A stretch of 64,000 nucleotides of DNA from an uncultured Candidatus Saccharibacteria bacterium (GTDB lineage: Bacteria; Patescibacteriota; Doudnabacteria; UBA920): positions 75,335 to 139,334 of the forward strand of contig CAZLNP010000001.1 in the NCBI GenBank assembly GCA_964561085.1, in the 5' to 3' direction. Positions within the stretch are counted from its first letter, which is position 1. Each line of letters starts with the position of its first letter. The position numbers and the translations under genes are program-made. Positions 1 through 9,868 of the stretch are shown here, piece by piece. The notes below the pieces were generated by a model. That model did no database searches. It was not told the origin of the DNA and was given only the letters and a program-made list of their open reading frames with translations.

Positions 1-561
1 CGCGTTGGCAGTGTCTATAACAATTTTAAAAGGTTTAATTTCAGGATTGCCAGCAAACTTTAAAAATTCTGGAATTGTAATTTTTTCTACTGACTCTTTT
101 ACTTCTAAAGTTCCTTGAGTTTCTGATAAAGGCGCAAGATCATTTTCTAAAATCATTCGGCGCATCTCGTAGATGCCACTCTCTCCCCCAACTGCAATAC
201 CACGCTCGCGCACCATCTTAAAACCATTATACTCTGCTGGGTTATGAGAAGCAGAGACCTGTACACCACCATCTAGCTTGAAAAAACCGACTGCAAAATA
301 ATATGTCGGTGTAGAAATTAAGCCAACATCAACAACATTAACGCCAGAATCACGTAAACCCTTTATAACCTGTTCTTTTAGAGATGGAGTTGAAAGGCGC
401 ATATCGCCGCCGACAGCAATGTTCAAAGTGCGGTCTGGAATTTCTCTAGTCATTAGTGTGGCGAAAGCACGCCCAATAGCGTAAGCCCCTTCTTCATCTA
501 CTTGAGATGGATAGATAGCGCGAATGTCATAAGCTTTAAATATAGATGGTTCAAGATTCAT
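1..561 (-). CDS. Phosphomannomutase/phosphoglucomutase (alpha-D-phosphohexomutase), N-terminal part; continues beyond window start
   Basis: Read manually from ATG at 561: MNLEPSIFKAYDIRAIYP...; active-site phosphoserine motif VSASHNPAEYNGFK near 225-260. Confidence 0.92.
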   Translation of the reverse strand, partial: MNLEPSIFKAYDIRAIYPSQVDEEGAYAIGRAFATLMTREIPDRTLNIAVGGDMRLSTPSLKEQVIKGLRDSGVNVVDVGLISTPTYYFAVGFFKLDGGVQVSASHNPAEYNGFKMVRERGIAVGGESGIYEMRRMILENDLAPLSETQGTLEVKESVEKITIPEFLKFAGNPEIKPFKIVIDTANA

Positions 562-680
562 AGAATTATAGTTAAATTTGGCGAGAGCAGCTTGCACTGC
601 TCTGCATTATTATAGCAAAAATAAAAGCCGCTTGCGTTGTAAGCGCATGCGGCTGGGTAAAACATTTTTTGTTGGCAATA

Positions 681-1004
681 CTAGCTGCTCGAAGGAATGG
701 CGAAACCAACGTCGCCTTGAGCAACTATACCACCTGTTCCTTTTAGGCCGACCCTAAAAGTGCCGAACTCGCCTGGCACAGCCGAGACATCTTTGAACAA
801 CCCAGACGATTTGAGCGCCGTCTTTACCTGCCTGAAGAAAGTCCGATTTTTGAGATCTTTGGGATCTGTTATTCCAGACTCCAACAATGAAGTGCTTAGC
901 CTTTCCCTTTGGTCAGGCGAAAGCGACGAGTGAATAGACGGAAGTTCTTCCTTCTTTCTGCCGAATGAAGAACCAATTATGATTGAACCAGTTTGCTTTG
1001 CCAC
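681..1004 (-). CDS. Hypothetical protein (107 aa)
   Basis: GTG start with AGGAGG Shine-Dalgarno; hairpin downstream (~624-655). Confidence 0.6.
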   Translation of the reverse strand: MAKQTGSIIIGSSFGRKKEELPSIHSSLSPDQRERLSTSLLESGITDPKDLKNRTFFRQVKTALKSSGLFKDVSAVPGEFGTFRVGLKGTGGIVAQGDVGFAIPSSS

Positions 1005-1146
1005 TAAAAAATTCCTCCTAGAACATAGTGTTAGTCAAAACTGCTGACTACAAAATTGATTTTACTTAATTAGTATATTTTTGTCAAAACAAAAAGCGAC
1101 CCGAAACTGCTGGGGCGCTTCTTTGCATCACTACCTTTTAGGTGTT

Positions 1147-1314
1147 TTACTTTTTCGATTTTCGATGTCTGTGTCTATCTATGAAACCTTGTGCGGAAAC
1201 ATGAATCTGATACCGGGAGTTAGAGACAATAATGCTGTCTTTCTTTTTTTGTTGACGCGAAATTTCAAGACCGAAAAATTTTAACACCTTTGGGATAAAA
1301 CCCAAAAGACTCAT
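1147..1314 (-). CDS. Small basic hypothetical protein (55 aa)
   Basis: ATG at 1314 with GGAGG SD is preferred over the track's start at 1374; hairpin near 1092-1125 downstream. Confidence 0.45.
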   Translation of the reverse strand: MSLLGFIPKVLKFFGLEISRQQKKKDSIIVSNSRYQIHVSAQGFIDRHRHRKSKK

Positions 1315-1423
1315 ACACGATACCTCCGTTGAAAATAAACTGTCCGAGATGAAAATATAACAGATTTTATTCATCTAGTCCATAACCTTGTTCACACCAC
1401 CAAATTCGGCTACAATATAGGCT

Positions 1424-2542
1424 ATGTCATTTCAAATCGGAATCGTGGGTTTGCCCAACGTTGGTAAGTCCACACTATTTAACGCAATAACAAAGTCCTC
1501 TGTTGAGGCTGCTAATTACCCATTCGCGACTATCGATCCGAACGTGGGTGTTGTTCCTGTGCCCGATGAACGCTTAGCAAAGCTGGCTGTTCAGGAAAAG
1601 TCTAGCAAGATTGTTCCGACTACTATTGAGTTCGTGGACATCGCTGGCCTTGTGAGTGGCGCGCACAAAGGTGAAGGCCTTGGAAATCAGTTCCTGAGCC
1701 ACATTCGCGAAGTTGATGCGATTCTAGAAGTCGCTCGCCTCTTCACTGATGACGACATCATTCATGTTAATGGCTCAGTAGATGCAAAACGTGATATTGA
1801 GACAATCGGAATTGAACTTCAGCTTGCAGACTTGCAAAACGTCGAGAAGCGTTTAGAAAGCAATGGTAAGGCTGTGAAGTCTGGCGACCGTGATGCAAAG
1901 GTGCGTCAAGTAGTTTTGGAAAAATACAAAGTCGCTTTGGAAGCTGGCAAGATGGCGAACACAGTTGAGCTAACAGATGAAGAACGCGCAGCTTCTAAAG
2001 ATGTGCAACTGCTTACAACCAAGCCTTTCTTGCTTGCAGCAAATGCGACATACAACATGTCTAGCAAAAAATACGAAAGCGAAGATGGTAAGCAGATAGA
2101 CACTAGCGTTTTAAACGACAACGCATCTGGCGGCAAGTTCGGCGACACTATTATAGTAGACGCGAAATTAGAAACTGAACTCGCACAACTAGACGACGCA
2201 GACCGTGATGAATATTTAAAGGATTTAGGTTTAACAGAAAGTGGTTTAGACCGCATCATTACTGCTGCATATAAAACTTTAGGTCTAGTAACATTCATTA
2301 CTGCCGGTGAAATGGAAAGTAAAGCATGGACTTGCCCAGCAGGAACGAAAGCTCCACAAGCCGCAGGCGTAATTCACACAGACTTTGAAGCTGGGTTTAT
2401 TCGCGCGGAAGTTATCCAATGGGACAAACTTCTAGAAGCTGGCGGATACGTTGGTGCCAAAGAAAAAGGTTGGCTACGAATGGAAGGCAAAGAATATGTC
2501 ATCCAAGATGGCGACGTAGTTCACTTCCACTTTAATAGATAA
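1424..2542 (+). CDS. ychF: Redox-regulated Obg-family ATPase YchF
   Basis: GIVGLPNVGKSTLFN, NYPFATIDPN, DIAGLV, C-terminal TGS domain (EGKEYVIQDGDV). Confidence 0.98.
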   Translation: MSFQIGIVGLPNVGKSTLFNAITKSSVEAANYPFATIDPNVGVVPVPDERLAKLAVQEKSSKIVPTTIEFVDIAGLVSGAHKGEGLGNQFLSHIREVDAILEVARLFTDDDIIHVNGSVDAKRDIETIGIELQLADLQNVEKRLESNGKAVKSGDRDAKVRQVVLEKYKVALEAGKMANTVELTDEERAASKDVQLLTTKPFLLAANATYNMSSKKYESEDGKQIDTSVLNDNASGGKFGDTIIVDAKLETELAQLDDADRDEYLKDLGLTESGLDRIITAAYKTLGLVTFITAGEMESKAWTCPAGTKAPQAAGVIHTDFEAGFIRAEVIQWDKLLEAGGYVGAKEKGWLRMEGKEYVIQDGDVVHFHFNR

Positions 2543-2546
2543 AAAG

Positions 2547-2590
2547 AAAAAGCGTTTCGACTGGGAGAGTCGAAACGCTTTTATATTTTG
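2547..2590. terminator. Bidirectional intrinsic terminator between ychF and convergent ORF
   Basis: AAAAGCGTTTCGACT-gggag-AGTCGAAACGCTTTT hairpin with A/T tracts on both sides. Confidence 0.85.
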
Positions 2591-2610
2591 ATCAGTTGTT
2601 GCGTTGCCGC

Positions 2611-2883
2611 CTAACGATAAAAAGATTCGAAAGTGTGAATGGTCTTGGAATATTCGTTAACGTGATCTTGCATATGGCGCGCAGCAGCTGAATAAATGCC
2701 ACGAGCCAAGCTTTTACGAATATGAGCTTTCTGTCTTTTTGTAAACTTTATCCTCTTTTGGAAAAGATTGTAAAATTCATTGCCAATCGATGAGGATGTA
2801 GACGTATACTCATCAAGGACGTTAATAACGTCAACTGGCTGAGGTGAGTCCATGCGCAAAAGATCTGCTACACTAAGGTTCAT
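2611..2883 (-). CDS. Hypothetical protein (90 aa)
   Basis: ATG with AAGGAG SD; converges on the ychF terminator. Confidence 0.55.
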   Translation of the reverse strand: MNLSVADLLRMDSPQPVDVINVLDEYTSTSSSIGNEFYNLFQKRIKFTKRQKAHIRKSLARGIYSAAARHMQDHVNEYSKTIHTFESFYR

Positions 2884-3155
2884 TTCATTTCTCCTTCAAT
2901 TTCAAATTGATACCAAAATCAGCATTATTCTACAACATTATACCAAAATTGTCAATACAAGCACCTACAAAATCACCTCTGGACAAAAGACACAGAATAC
3001 AGTAGAATTAAGGAAATTTGAAGAAAATTTTAAGTTTTCTTGAGGTAACATCAGGCACAATCAGGTTAAGAATATTAACCAAAAAGCCTATGGACCACCG
3101 CTTGGACTAGCTTAGAAGCTAGGCCAAATATAGAGAACGACACAATTATTAATAT

Positions 3156-3199
3156 TCTCTGCACCAATTGGGGTGTAGAGATAAGGAAAACTCCTTATG
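3156..3199 (+). promoter_or_regulatory. Structured rpsF leader; second hairpin occludes SD and start codon
   Basis: TCTCTGCACC/GGTGTAGAGA hairpin followed by ATAAGGA-aaac-TCCTTAT, which includes the AT of ATG. Confidence 0.5.
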
Positions 3200-3724
3200 C
3201 CGAGATATGAATTGATGTACATTCTCGCATCTAGTGTATCTGATGATCAGGTACCTACAACCGCTCAAACTATTGAGCAGTACGTCACCGACAACGGTGG
3301 CACAGAAATTACCCACGAACAATTGGGTAAAAAGAAATTAGCTTATCCGATTAAGAAGACCCGCAACGGTCATTACGGAACTATTGTTTTCACTGCTGAA
3401 GGCAAAGGCGTAAATTCTTTGGACGCGAAAATTCGCACACAAAAAGCGACTATCATCCGTCACATCATTGTGAACATTGATGAGCACTTAGAACGTCTTG
3501 AAAAAGATAAAGAAGCTCAAGCAAAGATGAACCGCAATCGCCCACCGGAAGCTATCGCAGCTGACAACAGCGAACAAGTTGTTCCTGAAGCAAAGCCTGC
3601 TGCTAAACCAGTGCGCGAAGCTGCTGTAAAAGCTCCGAAAGCTGAAACACCAAAAGCTGTAGTGACTGAAGAAGTTCTTGACGAAGAAATCGAAAAAGCA
3701 CTTTCTGAAGATATTACTAAATAA
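3197..3724 (+). CDS. rpsF: 30S ribosomal protein S6 with long Ala/Glu/Lys-rich C-terminal extension
   Basis: MPRYELMYIL...GKKKLAYPIKK motifs; rpsF-ssb-rpsR order. Confidence 0.96.
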   Translation: MPRYELMYILASSVSDDQVPTTAQTIEQYVTDNGGTEITHEQLGKKKLAYPIKKTRNGHYGTIVFTAEGKGVNSLDAKIRTQKATIIRHIIVNIDEHLERLEKDKEAQAKMNRNRPPEAIAADNSEQVVPEAKPAAKPVREAAVKAPKAETPKAVVTEEVLDEEIEKALSEDITK

Positions 3725-3735
3725 AATTTACAACT

Positions 3736-4233
3736 ATGGACTTAAACAAAGTTATGATTATCGGTCGCTTAACTCGCGAACCGGAACTACGCAACACTCC
3801 TAACGGTGCTGCGGTCTGCCAAGTAGGATTGGCAACCAACTACGTTTACACTAACCAACAATCCGGCCAAAAAGTTGAGCAAGTCGAATACCACAATGTG
3901 GTGATGTGGCGCAAACTGGCTGAGATCGCTAACCAGTACTTAAAAAAAGGTCAGCGCGTTTACATCGAAGGTCGTCTAGTAACCCGTTCATGGGATGCAC
4001 AAGATGGCACAAAGCGCAGCAAGACTGAAATCGTTGCCGACAACATGATCATGTTAGACGGTGGCAAAGGTGCTGACGGTGGCATGGGAAGTGGAAACAA
4101 TAACTTCGGCGGCAACAACGCTTCCAATAACGGTCCAGACAATTCTAATCAATCTTTCCCTGATGAAGAACTTCCAACCATTCAAGCTAATGGTGGTGGC
4201 GAAGACATCAGCGTAGAAGATATCCCATTTTAA
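3736..4233 (+). CDS. ssb: Single-stranded DNA-binding protein
   Basis: LNKVMIIGRLTREPELR OB fold, Gly/Asn linker, C-terminal EDIPF. Confidence 0.98.
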   Translation: MDLNKVMIIGRLTREPELRNTPNGAAVCQVGLATNYVYTNQQSGQKVEQVEYHNVVMWRKLAEIANQYLKKGQRVYIEGRLVTRSWDAQDGTKRSKTEIVADNMIMLDGGKGADGGMGSGNNNFGGNNASNNGPDNSNQSFPDEELPTIQANGGGEDISVEDIPF

Positions 4234-4262
4234 ACTCTAATCAGTCCCCTTAATAATTACTC

Positions 4263-4508
4263 ATGGCATACAATAACAACAAGAATAATAACAATGCTCC
4301 AGTAGTAAAAAAGATTTGCTACTTCTGCTCTAACAAGATCAGCACTGTTGATTACAAAGATGGCCAAACAATGCGCCGCTTTATGTCTCCTCATGCTAAG
4401 ATCTTAGCGCATGGTCGTACAGGCACTTGCCCTAAGCACCAACGCATGGTGACAATCGCTTTAAAGCGTGCTCGTCACATGGCTTTGCTACCTTTTGTAG
4501 CTCCTTAA
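4263..4508 (+). CDS. rpsR: 30S ribosomal protein S18 (Zn-binding C+ form)
   Basis: CYFC...VDYKD...TGTCPKHQR...KRARHMALLPF. Confidence 0.97.
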   Translation: MAYNNNKNNNNAPVVKKICYFCSNKISTVDYKDGQTMRRFMSPHAKILAHGRTGTCPKHQRMVTIALKRARHMALLPFVAP

Positions 4509-4519
4509 GTCACTCAATC

Positions 4520-4573
4520 AACAAATACCTTTGGTACGAAAACACGTCGTTTTCTTAACCAAAGGTATTTGTT
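4520..4573 (+). terminator. Long hairpin after rpsR (probable terminator)
   Basis: AACAAATACCTTTGGT...ACCAAAGGTATTTGTT 16-bp inverted repeat. Confidence 0.65.
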
Positions 4574-4603
4574 TATCACAACGTAAATAGTAACAAAAAT
4601 AGT

Positions 4604-5164
4604 ATGGATTTAAACGATGTAAAATTAGGCGCAATTGTGCTAATGAATGGTGAACCAATGCAAGTGATTTGGTCTAATCGTATGCGAACTGCACAACGCA
4701 AACCAGTAATGCAAGCTAAGCTTCGCAACGTTATCACCGGTAAAGTTTTAGAATACAGTTTCAAGTTTGGTGAAAAGGTTATTGAAGCAGACGTCACTCG
4801 CGAAAATGCTAATTTCCTGTATGCAGACGATGACGGCACTCACTTCATGAATAACGAAACGTTCGAAACAGTCGACTTCGACAAAGAAGCTACAAAAGAA
4901 CAAGAACTGTTCTTGAAAGAAGGCACTAAAGTGATGGTACTTCGTTTCAACGGCAAACCGGTATCAATTGAATTACCTGTAAAAGTTGAATTAGAAGTCA
5001 TCGAATCCCCTCCTAGCGTAACCGGTAACTCTGGAGGCAGTATTACTAAACCAGTGAAAGTTGAGACTGGCTTAATGGTTAACGCTCCGATGTTCATCAA
5101 AGAAGGTGAAATCATTCGTATCGATACTCGCACTGGCGAATATGTAGAACGAGTGAATAGTTAA
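4604..5164 (+). CDS. efp: Elongation factor P
   Basis: Three-domain EF-P pattern; C-terminal KPVKVETGLMVNAPMFIKEGEIIRIDTRTGEYVER. Confidence 0.96.
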   Translation: MDLNDVKLGAIVLMNGEPMQVIWSNRMRTAQRKPVMQAKLRNVITGKVLEYSFKFGEKVIEADVTRENANFLYADDDGTHFMNNETFETVDFDKEATKEQELFLKEGTKVMVLRFNGKPVSIELPVKVELEVIESPPSVTGNSGGSITKPVKVETGLMVNAPMFIKEGEIIRIDTRTGEYVERVNS

Positions 5165-5183
5165 GAAGAAACAATACAAATTT

Positions 5184-5227
5184 AAAAAGACCCTTTACCC
5201 TCTTTAGGGGGCCACGGGTCTTTTTTT
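5184..5227 (+). terminator. Intrinsic terminator after efp
   Basis: AAAAAGACCC...GGGTCTTTTTTT hairpin. Confidence 0.75.
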
Positions 5228-5236
5228 GAAATTTAT

Positions 5237-5860
5237 TTATACAATGATTTTTCCCATATCTTTTGCAGCATCCCAAAGTGCTGCTTTCATCTTATTCTTT
5301 ATTATTGCCATCACTTGTTTTGGGCTAGTGTTGTCCATAATCATGGAAGTTGTTGCTCTAACAATATATTCTGATTCACTTTCTCCATGCACCGGTGAGG
5401 AGTAATTTATATCTTTAGCCAAATGGCTGTCTTCCAATAGCCACTCGCCCGGATAAGTTTCTCCCAATTTTGAAACTGTAGAGATGGTCCCACTCTCAGC
5501 ACCTAAGAATTTTTTAAGCTCTGCTACGAATTGAACTAATTCTTCGCTACGTCCACTTATAGACCAATCATTTTCTTGCATAGTATTTACGGCTTTTTTG
5601 AAATCATTGTCCAGGCTCGCAGCCATCGATTCCAACTTTTCTATCTCCTTTATGAGTTCTGGGTTGCGAAGCGCCTCATAAACATTTTCAGATCTTTCGA
5701 ATTCTCTATGAATCTGTTCCTTCTGAGCAACATCTGGCACTACCTTGATAGAACCGTCATGAGAAATATCTACCTCAGCTCCCTCGTCAACTAACTTTCG
5801 ATCAGAATTAAAGCGCTCAGCATTCATCATTTTAGCTTCCTGATCACTTAAATTTTCCAT
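5237..5860 (-). CDS. Hypothetical protein (207 aa)
   Basis: Long ORF; no recognisable family. Confidence 0.7.
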   Translation of the reverse strand: MENLSDQEAKMMNAERFNSDRKLVDEGAEVDISHDGSIKVVPDVAQKEQIHREFERSENVYEALRNPELIKEIEKLESMAASLDNDFKKAVNTMQENDWSISGRSEELVQFVAELKKFLGAESGTISTVSKLGETYPGEWLLEDSHLAKDINYSSPVHGESESEYIVRATTSMIMDNTSPKQVMAIIKNKMKAALWDAAKDMGKIIV

Positions 5861-5897
5861 ATGTTTTGATTAATTTATCTAATACGATTATAGCAAA

Positions 5898-6392
5898 CTA
5901 CGCGGCCTTGCGGAATTCTGTTTCTTCTTCTGAATCGTCTGGCTTTGGTTTTTCAGGTCCTGGCCAAACACTTTCTGGAACTTTTATTACGTTGTCATTT
6001 CCTGTTTGATGCGTATACCCATCTTTCTCCATAGACTCTCGGCGAGATGTGATATTGGCAATCCGCACAATACGAGCTAGCTTATGGATTTTATCTTCCA
6101 AATCAGTAATCTTTTTTACTTCCTGCCCCTGATTCGATATCCTGTCTTTGATTTTTGCCCAAAAGGACATAAAAGCCTGCTGTTCTTCTTCCTTTAATGC
6201 ATTAAGCTCCTCTACTGCTTGATCCAACGAGTCGTAGCCTGCGTCCTTTAGAATTTCTAAAGATTTTTGATGTGGACTTAGTTTATCAAAAATATGTTTA
6301 ATAACTTTCTCCGCTGGTTGATCGTGGCTTTCAAACTCCACTACGTTATCTTTTACCTCGCCTGGACTAAACTCTGATCTTTCACCATGCAT
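5898..6392 (-). CDS. Hypothetical protein (164 aa)
   Basis: ORF directly downstream of trxB2; no recognisable family. Confidence 0.7.
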   Translation of the reverse strand: MHGERSEFSPGEVKDNVVEFESHDQPAEKVIKHIFDKLSPHQKSLEILKDAGYDSLDQAVEELNALKEEEQQAFMSFWAKIKDRISNQGQEVKKITDLEDKIHKLARIVRIANITSRRESMEKDGYTHQTGNDNVIKVPESVWPGPEKPKPDDSEEETEFRKAA

Positions 6393-6407
6393 ATTTTTAA
6401 AATTTAA

Positions 6408-7322
6408 TTATTTTAAATTAGTAAAATAGTTGCTGACAGCCATGGCGGCCTTAGCACCTTCACCAGCTGCGATAATAATCTGTTCACCCCAGGCATCATT
6501 AATGTCTCCAGCTGCAAATATTCCCGGTACGCTGGTTTGCAAATCTTTATCTACCTTAATTTCATTCTTCTCGTTCTTCTCAAGAATATCCGCAAAAGAA
6601 ATACTTGGCTCGTAACCAATCTCTATAAAGACTCCACTGACGGGCAGCTCTTGGTCTGGCTTACCTATTTGCTGAACAGTCATCGCTTCGACATGAGTAG
6701 TGCCAGAAATTTTAGTTATTTGTGCTTGATGATACGCTTTGACATTAGGCAAGCTCATGATTTTATCTCTTACAATACCTTCACCAGTATAATCGTCAGT
6801 CATGTTAATTACATATACTTGACGAGCCACCCTTGATAGTGCGCAAATCGCATCCATTGCAGAGTTACCACCGCCTACCACAGCTACATCTTTACCTTTA
6901 TACAAAGGTCCATCGCAAGTAGCACAAATTGCTACACCTTTTCCATAAAACTCCTCTTCACCAGGAACACCTAAATGACGAGGGTTCTTTCCAGAAGCAA
7001 CTATTACAGATTTAGCATAGTAAACATTCCCTTGTTTATCTTCCAAAACAAAGCTGGTGATATTTTTGTCTAGTTTTACTATCTCTACATCAAGCTTTAC
7101 TTCAAGATCTTCTTTTAAGGCAGCCATGTGTTCCTGGAAACGCAAAGTTAAATCTGCGCCAGAGATCATGCTGAAACCGGTGTAGTTTTCTACATCGGCT
7201 GACCATATCATTTGCCCACCAACAGCCTTAGCAAGCACTAATGTTTTTAGTTTACGGCGAGCTGTATAGATCGCAGCAGTCATTCCTGCTGGTCCTGCGC
7301 CGATTATGATGCAGTCGTACAT
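6408..7322 (-). CDS. Thioredoxin reductase-like pyridine nucleotide-disulfide oxidoreductase (AhpF C-terminal-like)
   Basis: GAGPAG FAD motif, CATCDG redox centre, GGGNSA NAD(P)H motif, TSVPGIFAAGD. Confidence 0.92.
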   Translation of the reverse strand: MYDCIIIGAGPAGMTAAIYTARRKLKTLVLAKAVGGQMIWSADVENYTGFSMISGADLTLRFQEHMAALKEDLEVKLDVEIVKLDKNITSFVLEDKQGNVYYAKSVIVASGKNPRHLGVPGEEEFYGKGVAICATCDGPLYKGKDVAVVGGGNSAMDAICALSRVARQVYVINMTDDYTGEGIVRDKIMSLPNVKAYHQAQITKISGTTHVEAMTVQQIGKPDQELPVSGVFIEIGYEPSISFADILEKNEKNEIKVDKDLQTSVPGIFAAGDINDAWGEQIIIAAGEGAKAAMAVSNYFTNLK

Positions 7323-7331
7323 ATGACTGTA

Positions 7332-8573
7332 TTATACCATCTTCTCTGCGATGCGCTCTAACGCCACAATGTATGCTGCTGTTCTCATTGTAGTATTATG
7401 CTTTTCTTGAGCAGCGCGGACTGCGGCAAAGGCTGCGACCATGTGTTCATCAAGTTTCTTGAGAACATCTTCCTTAGTCCATGTTTCGTTATTCTGGTTC
7501 TGATACCACTCGAAGTAACTTACACATACTCCTCCGCTGTTTGCGAGGATATCTGGCACTACAGTCACACCGTTTTGCGCAAAGATGGCATCTGCTTCTG
7601 GAGTAGTTGGACCATTAGCCATTTCTAGAATAAATTTTGCTTTGACTTTTGCAGCGTTGTCGCCAGTTAAAACGTTTTCAAGTGCTGCTGGCACTAGAAC
7701 ATCGACATCAAGTTCAAGCAATTCTTCATTAGTAATTTCAATGGTACCCTCTAGCCCGCGCAAAGCCTTATTCGCCGCTTTATGCGCTTCTGCCGCAGCT
7801 AAATCTATTCCTTCAGCGTTAAAAATCCCGCCCTTGCTGTCTGACAAAGCAACCACTTTAAAACCATGCTCTTTTACGTACTCTGCTAAGTAAGTCGCTA
7901 CGTTACCGAAACCTTGAATTGCAATAGTCTTTCGGCCTTCTGTTGCAGAAGCGTCTGGCACAAGTCCAGCTGCCAAAGCTTCGCGAAGTACATAGCCACC
8001 ACCAAAACCAGTTGCTTCGGTGCGACCCTGGCTGCCACCATTCTCTACTGACTTACCAGTAATTACACCAGGAGCTTGCGTGCCGGTTTGTTTTTCAAAT
8101 TCATCACGCATCCACGCCATGATCTGTCCGTTAGTATTTACATCAGGCGCAGGCACATCTACTAAGGGTCCAAAGTTGCGGAACATTTGCTTCATGTAAC
8201 CGCGAGATAAACGCTCAAGTTCCCCTTCGCTCAACTCTTTCGGATTCACAATTATTCCACCCTTACCTCCCCCAAAAGGAACGTTAACTACGGCGTTTTT
8301 GAAAGTCATCCAAAAACTTAACGCGCGAACTTCATCTAAGTTTACATCTTGATGATATCTAATTCCGCCTTTGTATGGACCGCGTGCGTTGTTGTGCTGT
8401 GATCGAAACCCAGAAAAAATCTTTTGAGTTCCGTCGTCCATTTGTACTGGAATTGAAACTTCGATGTAACGATCTGGATTCTTTAATTGGTCTACGATTT
8501 TGGCGTCTGCGTTGCTAACTTGTGCCGCAGCATCTAGTTGGGCTTTTGCTGATTCGAAAGGATTGTTTGTCAT
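7332..8573 (-). CDS. gdhA: Glu/Leu/Phe/Val dehydrogenase (glutamate dehydrogenase)
   Basis: RGPYKGGIRY, PFGGGKGG, DVPAPDVNT, QGFGNV, EMANGP, PDILANSGGV. Confidence 0.95.
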   Translation of the reverse strand: MTNNPFESAKAQLDAAAQVSNADAKIVDQLKNPDRYIEVSIPVQMDDGTQKIFSGFRSQHNNARGPYKGGIRYHQDVNLDEVRALSFWMTFKNAVVNVPFGGGKGGIIVNPKELSEGELERLSRGYMKQMFRNFGPLVDVPAPDVNTNGQIMAWMRDEFEKQTGTQAPGVITGKSVENGGSQGRTEATGFGGGYVLREALAAGLVPDASATEGRKTIAIQGFGNVATYLAEYVKEHGFKVVALSDSKGGIFNAEGIDLAAAEAHKAANKALRGLEGTIEITNEELLELDVDVLVPAALENVLTGDNAAKVKAKFILEMANGPTTPEADAIFAQNGVTVVPDILANSGGVCVSYFEWYQNQNNETWTKEDVLKKLDEHMVAAFAAVRAAQEKHNTTMRTAAYIVALERIAEKMV

Positions 8574-8602
8574 GGTTCTAAACTTAATTTTTATTCTTCT
8601 GT

Positions 8603-9544
8603 TTACTCTTCTAACGCTTCAAGGTATTTCTCTACGTCTAGTGCAGCTTTACAACCTTCACCGGCAGCAGTAATTGCTTGGCGATAGCGGTGGTCATGAA
8701 CGTCACCAGCAACAAACACACCCGGAATGTTTGTCATGGTAAATTCTTTTGGTTCAATGTAGCCTTTTTCGTTTGTATCGATGCCAGCTTCACGGAATAT
8801 CTTAGTAGCGGGGGTGTGTCCAATCGCTGCGAAGTATCCTTGTGCTTTAATTTCTCTCTCTTCGCCGGTTGCGTTATCTTTTACGCGAATGCCCTCTACG
8901 CTGTTTTCACCCAACACTTCTGTGACAGTAACGTTAGTGACAAACTCAATTTTCGGATTATCTTGCGCTCGCTTAAGCATGATGCGAGAAGCTTTAAATT
9001 CATCACGACGATGAACAACAGTCACGTGAGAAGCGAACTTGGTCAGGAAATTTGCTTCTTCCATGGCGCTATCTCCGCCGCCAATTACCACTACATCTTT
9101 TTCTTTAAAGAAAAAACCATCACAAGTAGCACAAGCACTTACACCTTTACCACGTAGCTTTTGCTCACTTTCTAGGTTAAGCCAATTTGCTTCTGCGCCA
9201 GTGGCGATAATAACAGCCTTCGCCTTATACTCAGTATTAGCTGTTTTAAGCACGAAGGGGTTAGATTTAAAGTCTACCGACAGTACGTCTTCGTAAATCA
9301 TTTTAGTGCCGAAACGTTCCACTTGCTTAGTCATATTAGCCATGAGTTCTGGCCCTTGAATACCTTCTGGAAAGCCTGGGAAATTTTCTACTTCTGTTGT
9401 TAACATGAGCTGACCTCCAGGAGCGATGCCTGCCATTACTGTTGGCTCTAGTTCTGCTCTAGCAGCATACAAAGCTGCAGTTAGTCCCGCAGGTCCCGCA
9501 CCGATGATTATTAGTTTGTGAGTTTCATTTGATGTTGTTTCCAT
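8603..9544 (-). CDS. trxB: Thioredoxin-disulfide reductase
   Basis: GGQLMLTTEVENFPGF, SACATCDGFF, GGGDSAMEEA, HRRDEF, YRQAITAAGEGC. Confidence 0.97.
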   Translation of the reverse strand: METTSNETHKLIIIGAGPAGLTAALYAARAELEPTVMAGIAPGGQLMLTTEVENFPGFPEGIQGPELMANMTKQVERFGTKMIYEDVLSVDFKSNPFVLKTANTEYKAKAVIIATGAEANWLNLESEQKLRGKGVSACATCDGFFFKEKDVVVIGGGDSAMEEANFLTKFASHVTVVHRRDEFKASRIMLKRAQDNPKIEFVTNVTVTEVLGENSVEGIRVKDNATGEEREIKAQGYFAAIGHTPATKIFREAGIDTNEKGYIEPKEFTMTNIPGVFVAGDVHDHRYRQAITAAGEGCKAALDVEKYLEALEE

Positions 9545-9565
9545 AACTGTCCTTTCTAGTTTGTA

Positions 9566-9856
9566 CTAATTCTTTTTAGAGTAAATTTTGATGAGTTCTT
9601 CGACCGCAGCTTTACGCTTAGCAGGGTTAGTGCTTTTTGCATCTATGACACATTCGCCTAGGTATCCTTCTAGGATCAAATTGTTCACCTTCTTCATGGC
9701 TTCAATTACGGCGTGGCTTTGATTGATGATATCCATGCAGTAGGCGTCGGTTTCTACCATTGTGGCAACTGCCCGAACATGACCTTCTATGTAACGGAGT
9801 CGTTTTACTAAGTCAGCCTGGTTAGCGGCCGCAACACTGTTAAGTTTTTTTGACAT
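9566..9856 (-). CDS. CsoR/RcnR/CstR-family transcriptional repressor
   Basis: KRLRYIEGHVRAV...YCMDII...ILEGYLGECV. The real start is probably ATG 9856; the track's longer start runs through the operator. Confidence 0.9.
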   Translation of the reverse strand: MSKKLNSVAAANQADLVKRLRYIEGHVRAVATMVETDAYCMDIINQSHAVIEAMKKVNNLILEGYLGECVIDAKSTNPAKRKAAVEELIKIYSKKN

Positions 9857-9868
9857 AATTTCTATATT

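Noticed and set aside
2930-3140. Roughly 10-bp-spaced TCAGG/TAG motifs upstream of rpsF
   Set aside because: Too short and degenerate to distinguish from chance by eye.
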